Of a DNA stretch of 64,000 nucleotides, positions 18,643-27,351 are shown piece after piece. The position numbers and the translations under genes were made by a program. The stretch comes from an uncultured Solirubrobacteraceae bacterium. Its GTDB lineage: Bacteria > Actinomycetota > Thermoleophilia > Solirubrobacterales > Solirubrobacteraceae. Each line of letters begins with the position of its first letter. The stretch's first letter is position 1. The stretch covers positions 1,065,257 to 1,129,256 of the forward strand of contig OY969106.1 of the NCBI GenBank assembly GCA_963697955.1, written 5' to 3'. Under the pieces are notes generated by a model. That model was not told the DNA's origin. It saw only the letters and a list, made by a program, of their open reading frames with translations, and did no database searches.

Positions 18643-19907
18643 CAGACGCTCACCGTCTGACCCACTGCCGCCTGATCGAATGCCTCCACCGTCGGCTTGA
18701 TCGTGGTCGTCTCGAACGTGCCGCGCACCGCATCGAGTGTCTTCAGGCCCTCGCCCGTGATCACGAGCACCACGCGCTCGCTCGGGTCGATGTCTCCGCG
18801 TGCCGCCAGCTTGGCCAGCACCGCGGTGGTCACTCCGCCGGCCGTCTCGGTGAACACTCCCGTGGTCTCCGCCAGCAGCTTGATGCCCGCCCGGATCTCC
18901 TCGTCTGAGACCGAGTCCACCCCGCCGCCCGTGCGACGTGCCAGATCGAGCGCGTATGGGCCGTCGGCGGGGTTGCCGATGGCCAGCGACTTGGCGATCG
19001 TGCTCGGCTTGACCGGGCGGCAGACATCGTGGCCCGCCGCGAACGCGCTGGCCACAGGGGAGCAGCCCTCGGCCTGAGCGCCGTTCATGCTCGGCAGCTC
19101 GCCCTCGAGCAGGCCAAGCTCACGCCATTCCTCGAAACCGCGGGCGATTTTCGTGAACAGCGAGCCCGACGCGATCGGCACGATGCAGCGATCGGGCAGC
19201 TCCCAACCCAGCTGCTCGGCGATCTCGAAGGCGAGGGTCTTCGATCCCTCGGCGTAGTAGGGGCGCAGGTTGATGTTCACGAACGCCCACTCCCGCTCGG
19301 CGCACAGCTCCGTGCAGAGGCGGTTGACGTCGTCGTAGTTGCCCTCCACCCCCACGAGGTTGGTGCCGTAGATTCCGGTGGCGAGGATCTTCTGCTCCTC
19401 CAGGTCCGACGGGATGAACACGTAGGAGTCCATCCCCAGGGCCGCTCCATGGGCGGCTACCGAGTTGGCGAGATTCCCCGTGGAGGCGCAGGCGATCGTC
19501 TCGAAGCCCAGCTCGCGGGCACGGGTGACAGCCACCGAGACAACACGATCCTTGAACGAGTGCGTCGGATTGGCCGCATCGTTCTTGACCCACACCTCCC
19601 GCAGGCCGAGACGCTCCGCCAGCCTGTCAGCCTTGATCAGCGGCGTGCATCCCGCCGGCAGCCCCACCCTGGAGGCGAGCCGACCGGAAGGCCCGGGGGG
19701 CCCGCCCGCGAGGGGGAGGAAGTCCGCGTAGCGCCAGATGTTCTGCGGCCCTCCCTGGATGCGGCGGCGCAGCTCGCCGAGATCGCGGCTTGAACGAGAG
19801 TGGTCGTAGACGACCTCGAGCGGTCCGAAGCACTGCTCGCACACGTAGAGCGCCTCGAGGGGGTACTCGGTCTTGCACTCCTTGCACTGAAGATGACTGA
19901 CAGCCAT
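18642..19907 (-). CDS. thrC: threonine synthase-like PLP enzyme
   Basis: N-terminal CxxC...CxxC, NPTHSFKDR, ASTGN, TGEGLK; GAAGGAG SD. Confidence 0.9.
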   Translation of the reverse strand: MAVSHLQCKECKTEYPLEALYVCEQCFGPLEVVYDHSRSSRDLGELRRRIQGGPQNIWRYADFLPLAGGPPGPSGRLASRVGLPAGCTPLIKADRLAERLGLREVWVKNDAANPTHSFKDRVVSVAVTRARELGFETIACASTGNLANSVAAHGAALGMDSYVFIPSDLEEQKILATGIYGTNLVGVEGNYDDVNRLCTELCAEREWAFVNINLRPYYAEGSKTLAFEIAEQLGWELPDRCIVPIASGSLFTKIARGFEEWRELGLLEGELPSMNGAQAEGCSPVASAFAAGHDVCRPVKPSTIAKSLAIGNPADGPYALDLARRTGGGVDSVSDEEIRAGIKLLAETTGVFTETAGGVTTAVLAKLAARGDIDPSERVVLVITGEGLKTLDAVRGTFETTTIKPTVEAFDQAAVGQTVSV

Positions 19908-19970
19908 TTGGGCTCCTTCGCTATGTAGCCTTCGCCTTGTCACGTGTGGCGAAGAGCGCGAAGCCCGGCC

Positions 19971-20063
19971 ACACATCACCTGGAATTGGCACCTTCCCGC
20001 CTGTGACTTGGCGGTGGTTGCCGGGGTTTCGTAGGGCCAGGCCCTCCACCCCTCTGGATGTGT
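19971..20063 (-). ncRNA. SAM-I riboswitch, variant lacking P4
   Basis: ACACATC-CAGAG-GGGTGGAGGGCCTGGCCCTACGAAACCCC-GGCAACC...GGTGCCAATTCCAG-GT-GATGTGT; 7-bp P1. Confidence 0.93.
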
Positions 20064-20166
20064 ACATCTATGTGAGCGGCAGTTTAGCAACCGTATCGGC
20101 GCAGGTGCATGCAGATCATTAGCCGAGCCTCGGTAACGCGGCCGCACGTCTGGTGTAGGCCACGCT

Positions 20167-21183
20167 GTGAGCAGCCCCATCCGCGAGCGTGACGACAGCC
20201 ACGCGCCCAAGCAGGACGACGCGCCCTTCCGCTTCGCCGACCCCGCGATCAGGCGCCGCATGCTGATCATCGTCAATCCCTACGCCACGACTGTCTCCGA
20301 CCGTCTGCGCCACCTGGTCGTATATGCGCTGCAGGGTCGCTTCGAGGTCGATGCCGTGGACACCGAGTCTCCCGGCCACGCCACCGAGCTCTGTCGGGAG
20401 GCCGCCCACGAGGGCTATGACGTGGTAGTCGCCTTCGGTGGCGACGGCACCGTCAACGAAGCCGCCAACGGCCTGTTCGGATCTCCCGCCGGCCCCTCCC
20501 CCACGCCGCTGTGCTGCCTGCCGGGCGGATCGGCCAACGTGTTCGCCAAGATGCTCGGCATCCCCGGGGATGTGGTGGACGCGACAGAGCACCTGCTGGC
20601 GATGGCCGACGACTGGCGCCCGCGCAAGGTCGACCTCGGTGTGGTCAACGGGCGCTGCTTCACCTTTGCCTCCGGCCTCGGCCTCGACGCGAGCGTCGTG
20701 GAGCGGGTGGACTCCAATCCCCATCTGAAGGCCCGGCTCGGCGCCTACTACTTCACCTGGGTGGCCGTCAGCACGTTCATGCGCCGGTACCTGCTCAACC
20801 CCCCCCGCCTGGAGGTGGACGCCGCCGGACAGACCCTCGGGGGCGTCACCGCAATCGTCCAGAACGGCTCGCCCTTCACCTATTTCCAGAACCGCCCGAT
20901 CGACATCGCCGACGGCGCCACACTCGACTCGGGTGCCCTCGCGGGCGGCGTGCTGCACCGCGCCACCCTGCTCTCGATGCCCTCGATCGCCTGGCGGGCC
21001 TTCTCGCCCCGAGCGCGAGTGGCGGGCAACCGGCAGGTGAGCGGCCTGCCGAGCTTCAGCGAGATGACCGTGCGCAGCGTCGATGGTCGCCCGCTGCCGC
21101 TGCAGGTGGACGGCGACTATCTCGGCCTGGTCGACGAGGCGCGCTACTCGGTGCTCCCCGAAGCGCTCAACGTCGTCTGCTGA
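20167..21183 (+). CDS. diacylglycerol kinase family lipid kinase
   Basis: IVNP, GGDGTVNE, PGGSANVFA, QVDGD. Confidence 0.92.
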   Translation: MSSPIRERDDSHAPKQDDAPFRFADPAIRRRMLIIVNPYATTVSDRLRHLVVYALQGRFEVDAVDTESPGHATELCREAAHEGYDVVVAFGGDGTVNEAANGLFGSPAGPSPTPLCCLPGGSANVFAKMLGIPGDVVDATEHLLAMADDWRPRKVDLGVVNGRCFTFASGLGLDASVVERVDSNPHLKARLGAYYFTWVAVSTFMRRYLLNPPRLEVDAAGQTLGGVTAIVQNGSPFTYFQNRPIDIADGATLDSGALAGGVLHRATLLSMPSIAWRAFSPRARVAGNRQVSGLPSFSEMTVRSVDGRPLPLQVDGDYLGLVDEARYSVLPEALNVVC

Positions 21184-21353
21184 TCCTCGCGGGGCAGCCG
21201 CTCCAGCTCGGCGCGATGCTGCTGGGCGCGCTGGTAGCCCGTAGCTCCCTGAAACGTCGCGTCGAGGCCATAGCGCCCATCATCCACCGGCCAGATCGTG
21301 AGTCGATCGGGGACCGGGCCCGCACGGGTCGGCAGCAGAGCGTCGGAGTCCAT
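21144..21353 (-). CDS. small hypothetical protein, possibly truncated
   Basis: AGGA SD; 3' end overlaps the convergent kinase gene. Confidence 0.4.
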   Translation of the reverse strand: MDSDALLPTRAGPVPDRLTIWPVDDGRYGLDATFQGATGYQRAQQHRAELERLPREDQQTTLSASGSTE

Positions 21354-21395
21354 GGATGCGTCCTGGGGTTCACGACGACCGCGGCCACGCGGCCG

Positions 21396-23768
21396 TCAGG
21401 CGGCGCTGGCCCCGGGGGTGACGCGATAGGCGTCGAAGACCGACTCGATGTTGCGCAGGCGGGTGATCGCGCCCTTCAGCGTGTGCGTGTCGGCCACCTC
21501 CACCACGAAACGGTTCTTCACCATCGGCCCCATCGACAGGCAGCGCGCTTCCATGATGTTGGCGCCCGACTCGGAGAACACTCGCGAGAGGTCCTCGAGC
21601 AGGCGGTGCCGATCCCAGGCGTCGATCTGGATCTCCACGATGAACCCCGTGGACTGGTCGCCTTCCCACCCCACATTGGCAAAGCGCTCGGGGCTCTTGC
21701 GCAGCTGGGCCGCATTGGGGCAGTCCTCGCGGTGGATCGTGATCCCGCGTCCCAGCGAGATGTAGCCGACGATCTCATCGCCCGGGACAGGCCTGCAGCA
21801 CTTGGCCAGGCGAAGCATCACATCCTCCACTCCTTCCACCCTGATCCCGTACTGCCCGGAGGACTTCGTCGGACGCCGCCGGGCGCGACCAACCCGCAAC
21901 AGGTCGGCGGCGCCGTCCTCGCCGTCGGCTGACTCGCCCTGCTTCAGGCGCTGCATCACCTTGCTGACAACCAGCTTCGGAGAGACCTTGGCCGCACCGA
22001 GGGCAATGTAGAAGTCATCCGCCTTGCGGTAGCCCACCTCGCGGATCACGTCCGCCAGGAGCGCCGAGCCGGTGATCTTCTGCGCCGGCAGCCCCTGTTT
22101 GCGCAGGTGCTCCTGGAGCAGCTCGCGGCCGGTGTGCTCGGTGTCCTGGCGCGACTCGGCCTTGAACCAGGCCTTGATCTTGTTGCGGGCGCGTGTCGTC
22201 TTGACCGTCGCCAGCCAGTCGCGCGACGGGCCGCGCTCACGCTTGGCGGTGAGGATCTCGACGATGTCCCCCGAGCGCAGCTCGTAGTGCAGCGGCACGA
22301 TTTTCCCGTTCACGCGTGCGCCAACGCAGCGGTGACCGATCTCGGTGTGCACCTCGTAGGCGAAGTCCAGCGGCGTGGCTCCCGCGGCCAGCGACTTGAC
22401 TTCCCCCTTGGGCGTGAACACGTAGACCTCCTCCTCGAAGAGGTCGGTTCGCAGCGTCTCCATGAACTCGCGCGGGTCCGAGAGCTCCTTCTGCCAGTCG
22501 AGCATCGAGCGCAGCCACTTGAGCTTGCCCTCCTCTCCAGCCCCCCAGCGTCCGCCGTCGTCGCCGCTGCCTGGCGGGGGCGCCTTGTAGAGCCAGTGGG
22601 CGGCCACCCCGAACTCAGCCATCTCGTGCATCTCGAGCGTCCGGATCTGGATCTCCAGCGGCCGTCCCTCGGGTCCGATCACAGTCGTGTGCAGCGACTG
22701 GTACATGTTGAACTTGGGCATCGCGATGAAGTCCTTGAAGCGGCCCGGCAGGGGCTTCCACAGCGAATGGATCACGCCGACGGTGCCGTAGCAGTCCTTC
22801 ACCGAGTCCACGATCACCCGCATCGCCGTGAGGTCGTAGATCTCGTTGAACTCGCGGCCCTTCTTGGTCATCTTCGAGTAGATCGAGTAGAAGTGCTTGG
22901 CGCGACCCGCGATCTCCGCCTCGATTCCCACCTGGGCCAGCTCCTTGCGCAGGTAATCACCGGCCTCGTTGACGTAGTGCTCGCGCTCGTCGCGCTGCTG
23001 GGCCACGAGCCCCTTGATCTCCTGGTACTTGCGGGGGTGCAGCGTCGCGAAGGCGAGATCCTCGAGCTCCCACTTGATCGCGTGGATCCCCAGCCTGTGG
23101 GCCAGCGGCGCGTAGATCTCGATCGTCTCGCGCGCCTTCTCGATCTGCTTCTGCTTGGGCATCGCCTCGATCGTGCGCATGTTGTGCAGGCGGTCGGCGA
23201 GCTTGATCAGGATGACCCGCACATCGGTGGCCATCGCCACCATCATCTTGCGGTAGTTGTTGGCCTGGGCCTCGTCACGCGATTGGAAGGTGATGCCCGT
23301 GAGCTTGGTCACCCCGTCCACGATCGCCGCTATCTCCTCGCCGAAGCGCTCCCGCACCTCCTCGATCGAGGCAGATGTGTCCTCCACGGTGTCGTGCAGC
23401 AGCGCCGCGCACAGCGTCTCTGTGTCGAGTCGCATCCCTGCGCAGATTCGCGCTACGCCGACCGGGTGCACGATGAAGTCCTCGCCCGATTTGCGCCGCT
23501 GATCGGCGTGGTGCTCACAGGCGAACACGAATGCGTCCTGAACGCGGTCGCGGTCGATTTCGATGGCCGAGTCGGCCGCATGCTCGGAGACGATCGCGAA
23601 CAGGTCGCTGAGCAGCCGCCGCTCGGAGACGCTCAGCGTGAGCGCCTGAGCCTCGCCGGCGGCCCGAGCCGCTGTCGGGGGCGCGCCCGCGGGCGTCTCG
23701 GCCTGGCCCGCACCCGCGTCCGGGATCTCCGTCAACTGTGGGGTCTTGGGATCCTCGGCGATGGCCAT
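21396..23768 (-). CDS. relA: bifunctional (p)ppGpp synthetase/hydrolase
   Basis: HD domain (LLHDTVED), synthetase YQSLHT, TGS and ACT domains. Confidence 0.97.
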   Translation of the reverse strand: MAIAEDPKTPQLTEIPDAGAGQAETPAGAPPTAARAAGEAQALTLSVSERRLLSDLFAIVSEHAADSAIEIDRDRVQDAFVFACEHHADQRRKSGEDFIVHPVGVARICAGMRLDTETLCAALLHDTVEDTSASIEEVRERFGEEIAAIVDGVTKLTGITFQSRDEAQANNYRKMMVAMATDVRVILIKLADRLHNMRTIEAMPKQKQIEKARETIEIYAPLAHRLGIHAIKWELEDLAFATLHPRKYQEIKGLVAQQRDEREHYVNEAGDYLRKELAQVGIEAEIAGRAKHFYSIYSKMTKKGREFNEIYDLTAMRVIVDSVKDCYGTVGVIHSLWKPLPGRFKDFIAMPKFNMYQSLHTTVIGPEGRPLEIQIRTLEMHEMAEFGVAAHWLYKAPPPGSGDDGGRWGAGEEGKLKWLRSMLDWQKELSDPREFMETLRTDLFEEEVYVFTPKGEVKSLAAGATPLDFAYEVHTEIGHRCVGARVNGKIVPLHYELRSGDIVEILTAKRERGPSRDWLATVKTTRARNKIKAWFKAESRQDTEHTGRELLQEHLRKQGLPAQKITGSALLADVIREVGYRKADDFYIALGAAKVSPKLVVSKVMQRLKQGESADGEDGAADLLRVGRARRRPTKSSGQYGIRVEGVEDVMLRLAKCCRPVPGDEIVGYISLGRGITIHREDCPNAAQLRKSPERFANVGWEGDQSTGFIVEIQIDAWDRHRLLEDLSRVFSESGANIMEARCLSMGPMVKNRFVVEVADTHTLKGAITRLRNIESVFDAYRVTPGASAA

Positions 23769-23808
23769 CACTAAAGGGTAGGGGACCGGCCCCTCGGATT
23801 GAAGCGCC

Positions 23809-25569
23809 TCAGAATCCAGCGAACAGCACGAGCTCCCCGATCTGCTCCTCCTCGACCTCTTCGAGTCCCTTGCGCAGGACTATCTCCTCGGGGGCAGGGG
23901 CAGCTTGGCGCAGCACCAGGCGCGGCTCGCTCACGCCGTTCCACTCGTTCACCTCGAGTGTGAACGTGGCCTGCACGGGAGCGCCCTGCTCGACTTGCAG
24001 TCGTCCTCCATTTCCAAACGCCACCGCGCGCGCTCGGACGCCGCTGGACTCGACGCTGAAGCGCACGTGCTTGCCTTCGCCCATCGGCCGGGCGTCCGCG
24101 AACACCGCATCGCGAACCATCAGCGAGACGCCCGGATTGCCGCGACCGAAGGGGGCGAGAGCGCGCAGCTCCTCGGCCAGCTCGATTCCGAGCTCATTGC
24201 CGCCGACGAGCGCGTCCACCCGCTCGGTGGGCATCAGATCCGCCGGGCTGAGCACGGCGTCGGCGTAGGCGGCGAGGGCCGCGGCGAACTGCTCCACGTT
24301 GCCCCGCTCGATCTCCAGGCCCGCTGCCGCCCGGTGGCCCCCGTAGCGCAGGAGATGCGATCCGCAGGCGGTCAGGCCGGCAAGCAGGTCGAAGGAGTCC
24401 ACGCTTCGACCCGATGCCCTTCCAGTCTCGCCCTGCAGCGCGATCAGGACGACCGGGCGCCCGCTGCGCTCGACCAGGCGCGAGGCCACGATCCCGATCA
24501 CCCCGGCGTGCCATTCCTCGCCCGCGAGGACGTAGGCGGAGCGCTCGCCAAGCTCATCCATCTGCGCTTCGGCCTGAAAGCGGATGCGCATCTCCACCTG
24601 ACGGCGCTCGCTGTTGGCCGCGTCCAGCTCGTCGGCGATCTGCGCCGCCCGCAGGCGGTCGGCCGTGAGCACCAGCTCCAGGCCGGCGTCGGCTCGATAC
24701 AGCCGGCCGGCGGCATTCAGCCGCGGTGCCAGCGCGAAGGCCACCGAGCGCTCGTCCACCTTCGACGGGTCCACGCGGGCAACCGCCATCAGCGCGCGCA
24801 AGCCCGGCTTGGCCGTGCCCGCCAGGACACGTAGACCGCGGCGGACGAGCGCACGGTTCTCGCCGAGCAGCGGCACCACGTCGGCGATCGTCGCGAGGGC
24901 CACCAGGTCGAGGTCCCTCCGCAGCTCCACTGGATCACGCCCGGCGGCCGCATAGACCGCCTGGGCCAGCTTGTAGGCCACCGCCGTGGCACACAGATCC
25001 ACGCACGGGTAACCGCTGAGCGTGGGGTGCACGATCGGCGCGTCGGGCAGCTTCCCGTCGGCTCTGGGTGCGTGGTGGTCGGTGACGATCGTCTCCATCC
25101 CCAGCTCGCGCGCCAGGGCCACCTCCTCCACGGCCGTGATCGCGCAGTCCACCGTTATCAGCAGGCGCGTTCCGCGGGCGGCCAGCCGGCGCACGGTGGG
25201 GGCGCTCAGGCCATATCCGTCACCGGCGCGATCCGGCAGGTAGGAGTCCACGTCGCCGCCCAGCTCGCGCAGAGCCCCCACGAGCACCGCCGTCGAGCAG
25301 ATGCCGTCGACGTCGTAGTCGCCGTGGACGGTGATGCGCTGACCTGCTCGCAGGTGCCTCAGGATCAGCTCGACCGCCCGCTCGATGCCGGCGAAGGCCT
25401 CTGGGGGATGCTCCTCATCCGCCGCCAGGAACGCCCGCGCACGGTCGGGCTCGGCGAGGCCGCGGCGCACGAGCACCTGCGCGAGCGCGGCGCTCAGACC
25501 GAGCTCGCGCTGGAGCAGCTCGACCTGCCGCGGGGGGCAATCGGGGATCTCGAAGCGGCACTCGCTCAT
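23809..25569 (-). CDS. recJ: ssDNA exonuclease RecJ
   Basis: GDYDVDG, TDHH, PRLNAAGR, GGHRAAAG. Confidence 0.97.
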   Translation of the reverse strand: MSECRFEIPDCPPRQVELLQRELGLSAALAQVLVRRGLAEPDRARAFLAADEEHPPEAFAGIERAVELILRHLRAGQRITVHGDYDVDGICSTAVLVGALRELGGDVDSYLPDRAGDGYGLSAPTVRRLAARGTRLLITVDCAITAVEEVALARELGMETIVTDHHAPRADGKLPDAPIVHPTLSGYPCVDLCATAVAYKLAQAVYAAAGRDPVELRRDLDLVALATIADVVPLLGENRALVRRGLRVLAGTAKPGLRALMAVARVDPSKVDERSVAFALAPRLNAAGRLYRADAGLELVLTADRLRAAQIADELDAANSERRQVEMRIRFQAEAQMDELGERSAYVLAGEEWHAGVIGIVASRLVERSGRPVVLIALQGETGRASGRSVDSFDLLAGLTACGSHLLRYGGHRAAAGLEIERGNVEQFAAALAAYADAVLSPADLMPTERVDALVGGNELGIELAEELRALAPFGRGNPGVSLMVRDAVFADARPMGEGKHVRFSVESSGVRARAVAFGNGGRLQVEQGAPVQATFTLEVNEWNGVSEPRLVLRQAAPAPEEIVLRKGLEEVEEEQIGELVLFAGF

Positions 25570-25627
25570 CCAGCGAGACTACGGGCAGGGCGAGACGGAA
25601 CGCCATTGAGATCACCCTGGAAGCCGC

Positions 25628-25657
25628 GGGGAGGGGTGCGTCGATGCACCCCTCCCC
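25628..25657 (-). terminator. hairpin terminator of the beta-helix gene
   Basis: GGGGAGGGGTGC-N6-GCACCCCTCCCC, perfect 12-bp stem. Confidence 0.7.
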
Positions 25658-25680
25658 AGACCCTGCTCAGGCGGGACAGC

Positions 25681-26976
25681 TCAGATGATCACGGTGAACG
25701 TTTCACTTTCATCAACCACCGCTTGTGCGTTTTTCGAGATCGCGCTTTTGCTGATCGTGAAGCTGCCCGGATGGTCGGCGGGCTTCTTGTCGGACTGAAC
25801 CTCTACCGCCGCAGTGCTCATGCCTTCGATTTCGTCGCTCGTGGCACTCGAATTGGGAGCATAAGGCTCCCATTCGGCTTGAATCAACTCGATGCCGACG
25901 TTGCCAGGACCCGTGATCGTGTCGGCCTTGACCAGAGCGTCGCCCTGTTCGAGCAAGAGTGCCTCGTAGCGATTGCCAGCGAAGACGTCATTGCTGATCG
26001 TCACCTCCGGCGAAGTCGCCTGCGTGGACCTGGTGGAGGCGAAGTACGCGCCGATGTCGTTTTCCTTCAGCGACGTGCTCGTCACCTTCGAGCCAGTGGC
26101 GGCACCGTAGAACAGCACGCCAGTGGACTGCGTGTCTTCGAGCCCATTCGGGCCGCAGACGGTCACGTCGCACTCGTTGCCCGAGATGCTCGACGAGGCG
26201 ATCGTACCGAGAGCGCCATAGCTGACCTGGATGCCATTCTGGGCGATCGCAGGCGTGGCGCCGGCGCCGGTCACCGTCGTGCCGGTGACCTTGATACTCG
26301 AGCCTTCGCCCTCAGCCGTGATCCCGTTCTTCTGATAACCGGAGACGGTGTCCTGGGTGAGCATGGCGTGCCCCACTTCAGCCGGTTCCGGCCGTGCGGA
26401 GCCGACCTCGATTCCCACGCCGCCCTGGCAGCCGTTGATTGGGCTCGCGCCGGCTGAGCTCACGGTCACGTCCGTTGCTTTCAGCGTTGCGCCGCCAAGC
26501 ACGAGGATCCCGTACAGGCTGTCGTAGCAGGTGCCTTCGGGCCACTTAGCTTCAACCGCGATCCCCGTCATCGTCACCGTACCGGGAGTGCAGATCGAGA
26601 TCTCATCCTGATCCGGCTGATAGCCCGCTTTCGCAAGAGTCGCATCACATACTGTCGCTGAGTCCAAGGGACTGGCGGGCAGCACTACCTTCGCCGAGCC
26701 CGCTCCGCCTGCCGCCAGCAGCTTGACCGGCTTGGTGATGGTCAGCTGTTCGGTGTAGGACCCCGGACAGACATCGATCGTCGACCCCGAGCCTGCGGCG
26801 AGGATGGCCGACTGAACGCTGTTGTAGCCCGGGTGAGCGCAACTGCTCCTCGGCGCGGAGATGGATGCTGAGTTCGAGACCCACAGGCTAGAGGCGTTGG
26901 CCGCTGCTGGCACAACCAAGGCCGACAGCGCTGCGAAAACACCGATGATCCCAGAGCGTAGTGCTCGTTTGGACAA
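25681..26976 (-). CDS. secreted right-handed parallel beta-helix (pectin-lyase-fold) protein
   Basis: Signal peptide, SVQSAI...CPGSYTEQL, repeated GI/NGI turns; GGGAGG SD and TTG start. Confidence 0.8.
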   Translation of the reverse strand: MSKRALRSGIIGVFAALSALVVPAAANASSLWVSNSASISAPRSSCAHPGYNSVQSAILAAGSGSTIDVCPGSYTEQLTITKPVKLLAAGGAGSAKVVLPASPLDSATVCDATLAKAGYQPDQDEISICTPGTVTMTGIAVEAKWPEGTCYDSLYGILVLGGATLKATDVTVSSAGASPINGCQGGVGIEVGSARPEPAEVGHAMLTQDTVSGYQKNGITAEGEGSSIKVTGTTVTGAGATPAIAQNGIQVSYGALGTIASSSISGNECDVTVCGPNGLEDTQSTGVLFYGAATGSKVTSTSLKENDIGAYFASTRSTQATSPEVTISNDVFAGNRYEALLLEQGDALVKADTITGPGNVGIELIQAEWEPYAPNSSATSDEIEGMSTAAVEVQSDKKPADHPGSFTISKSAISKNAQAVVDESETFTVII

Positions 26977-27048
26977 GGTTCCCTCCCTTTGTGCTTGAAA
27001 GAGGAAGGAGCCTATATGTCCGAACTAGGCAACTATGTGAACAGTTGT

Positions 27049-27351
27049 TTAGTCGTACTCGGGAGGCGTGACACCGGCCGCGCGTTCGCGGCGCATGCCC
27101 TCGGCGTAGACCAGGGCCATCCCGATCAACGCACCGGGCACGGCGTAGAGGACAACTCCGATGTTGGTCTCCTTTTCGCCTGGAACCTGCAGCGCGGACA
27201 CCTTGATCCCGTAGATGATCAGCCCGACCACCACCGAGCCCGCCAGCGAGCCGAGGAAGGCTCCGACAATCCCACCCCAGAAGCGGTCGGGAAGAAAGAT
27301 CGTGAAGTGCCAGATCGCCAGCCCCATGATCACCCAGCCGAGCAGCCCCAT
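27049..27351 (-). CDS. small membrane protein
   Basis: Three TM segments; start overlaps the secDF stop. Confidence 0.8.
   Translation of the reverse strand: MGLLGWVIMGLAIWHFTIFLPDRFWGGIVGAFLGSLAGSVVVGLIIYGIKVSALQVPGEKETNIGVVLYAVPGALIGMALVYAEGMRRERAAGVTPPEYD

Noticed and set aside
19908-20276. N-terminal extension of thrC
   Set aside because: Runs through the SAM riboswitch and into the divergent kinase gene; SD and ATG at 19907 mark the start.
25681-26976. Beta-helix gene as a mobile element between secDF and recJ
   Set aside because: No terminal repeats, target duplication or recombinase seen; treated as an ordinary accessory gene.
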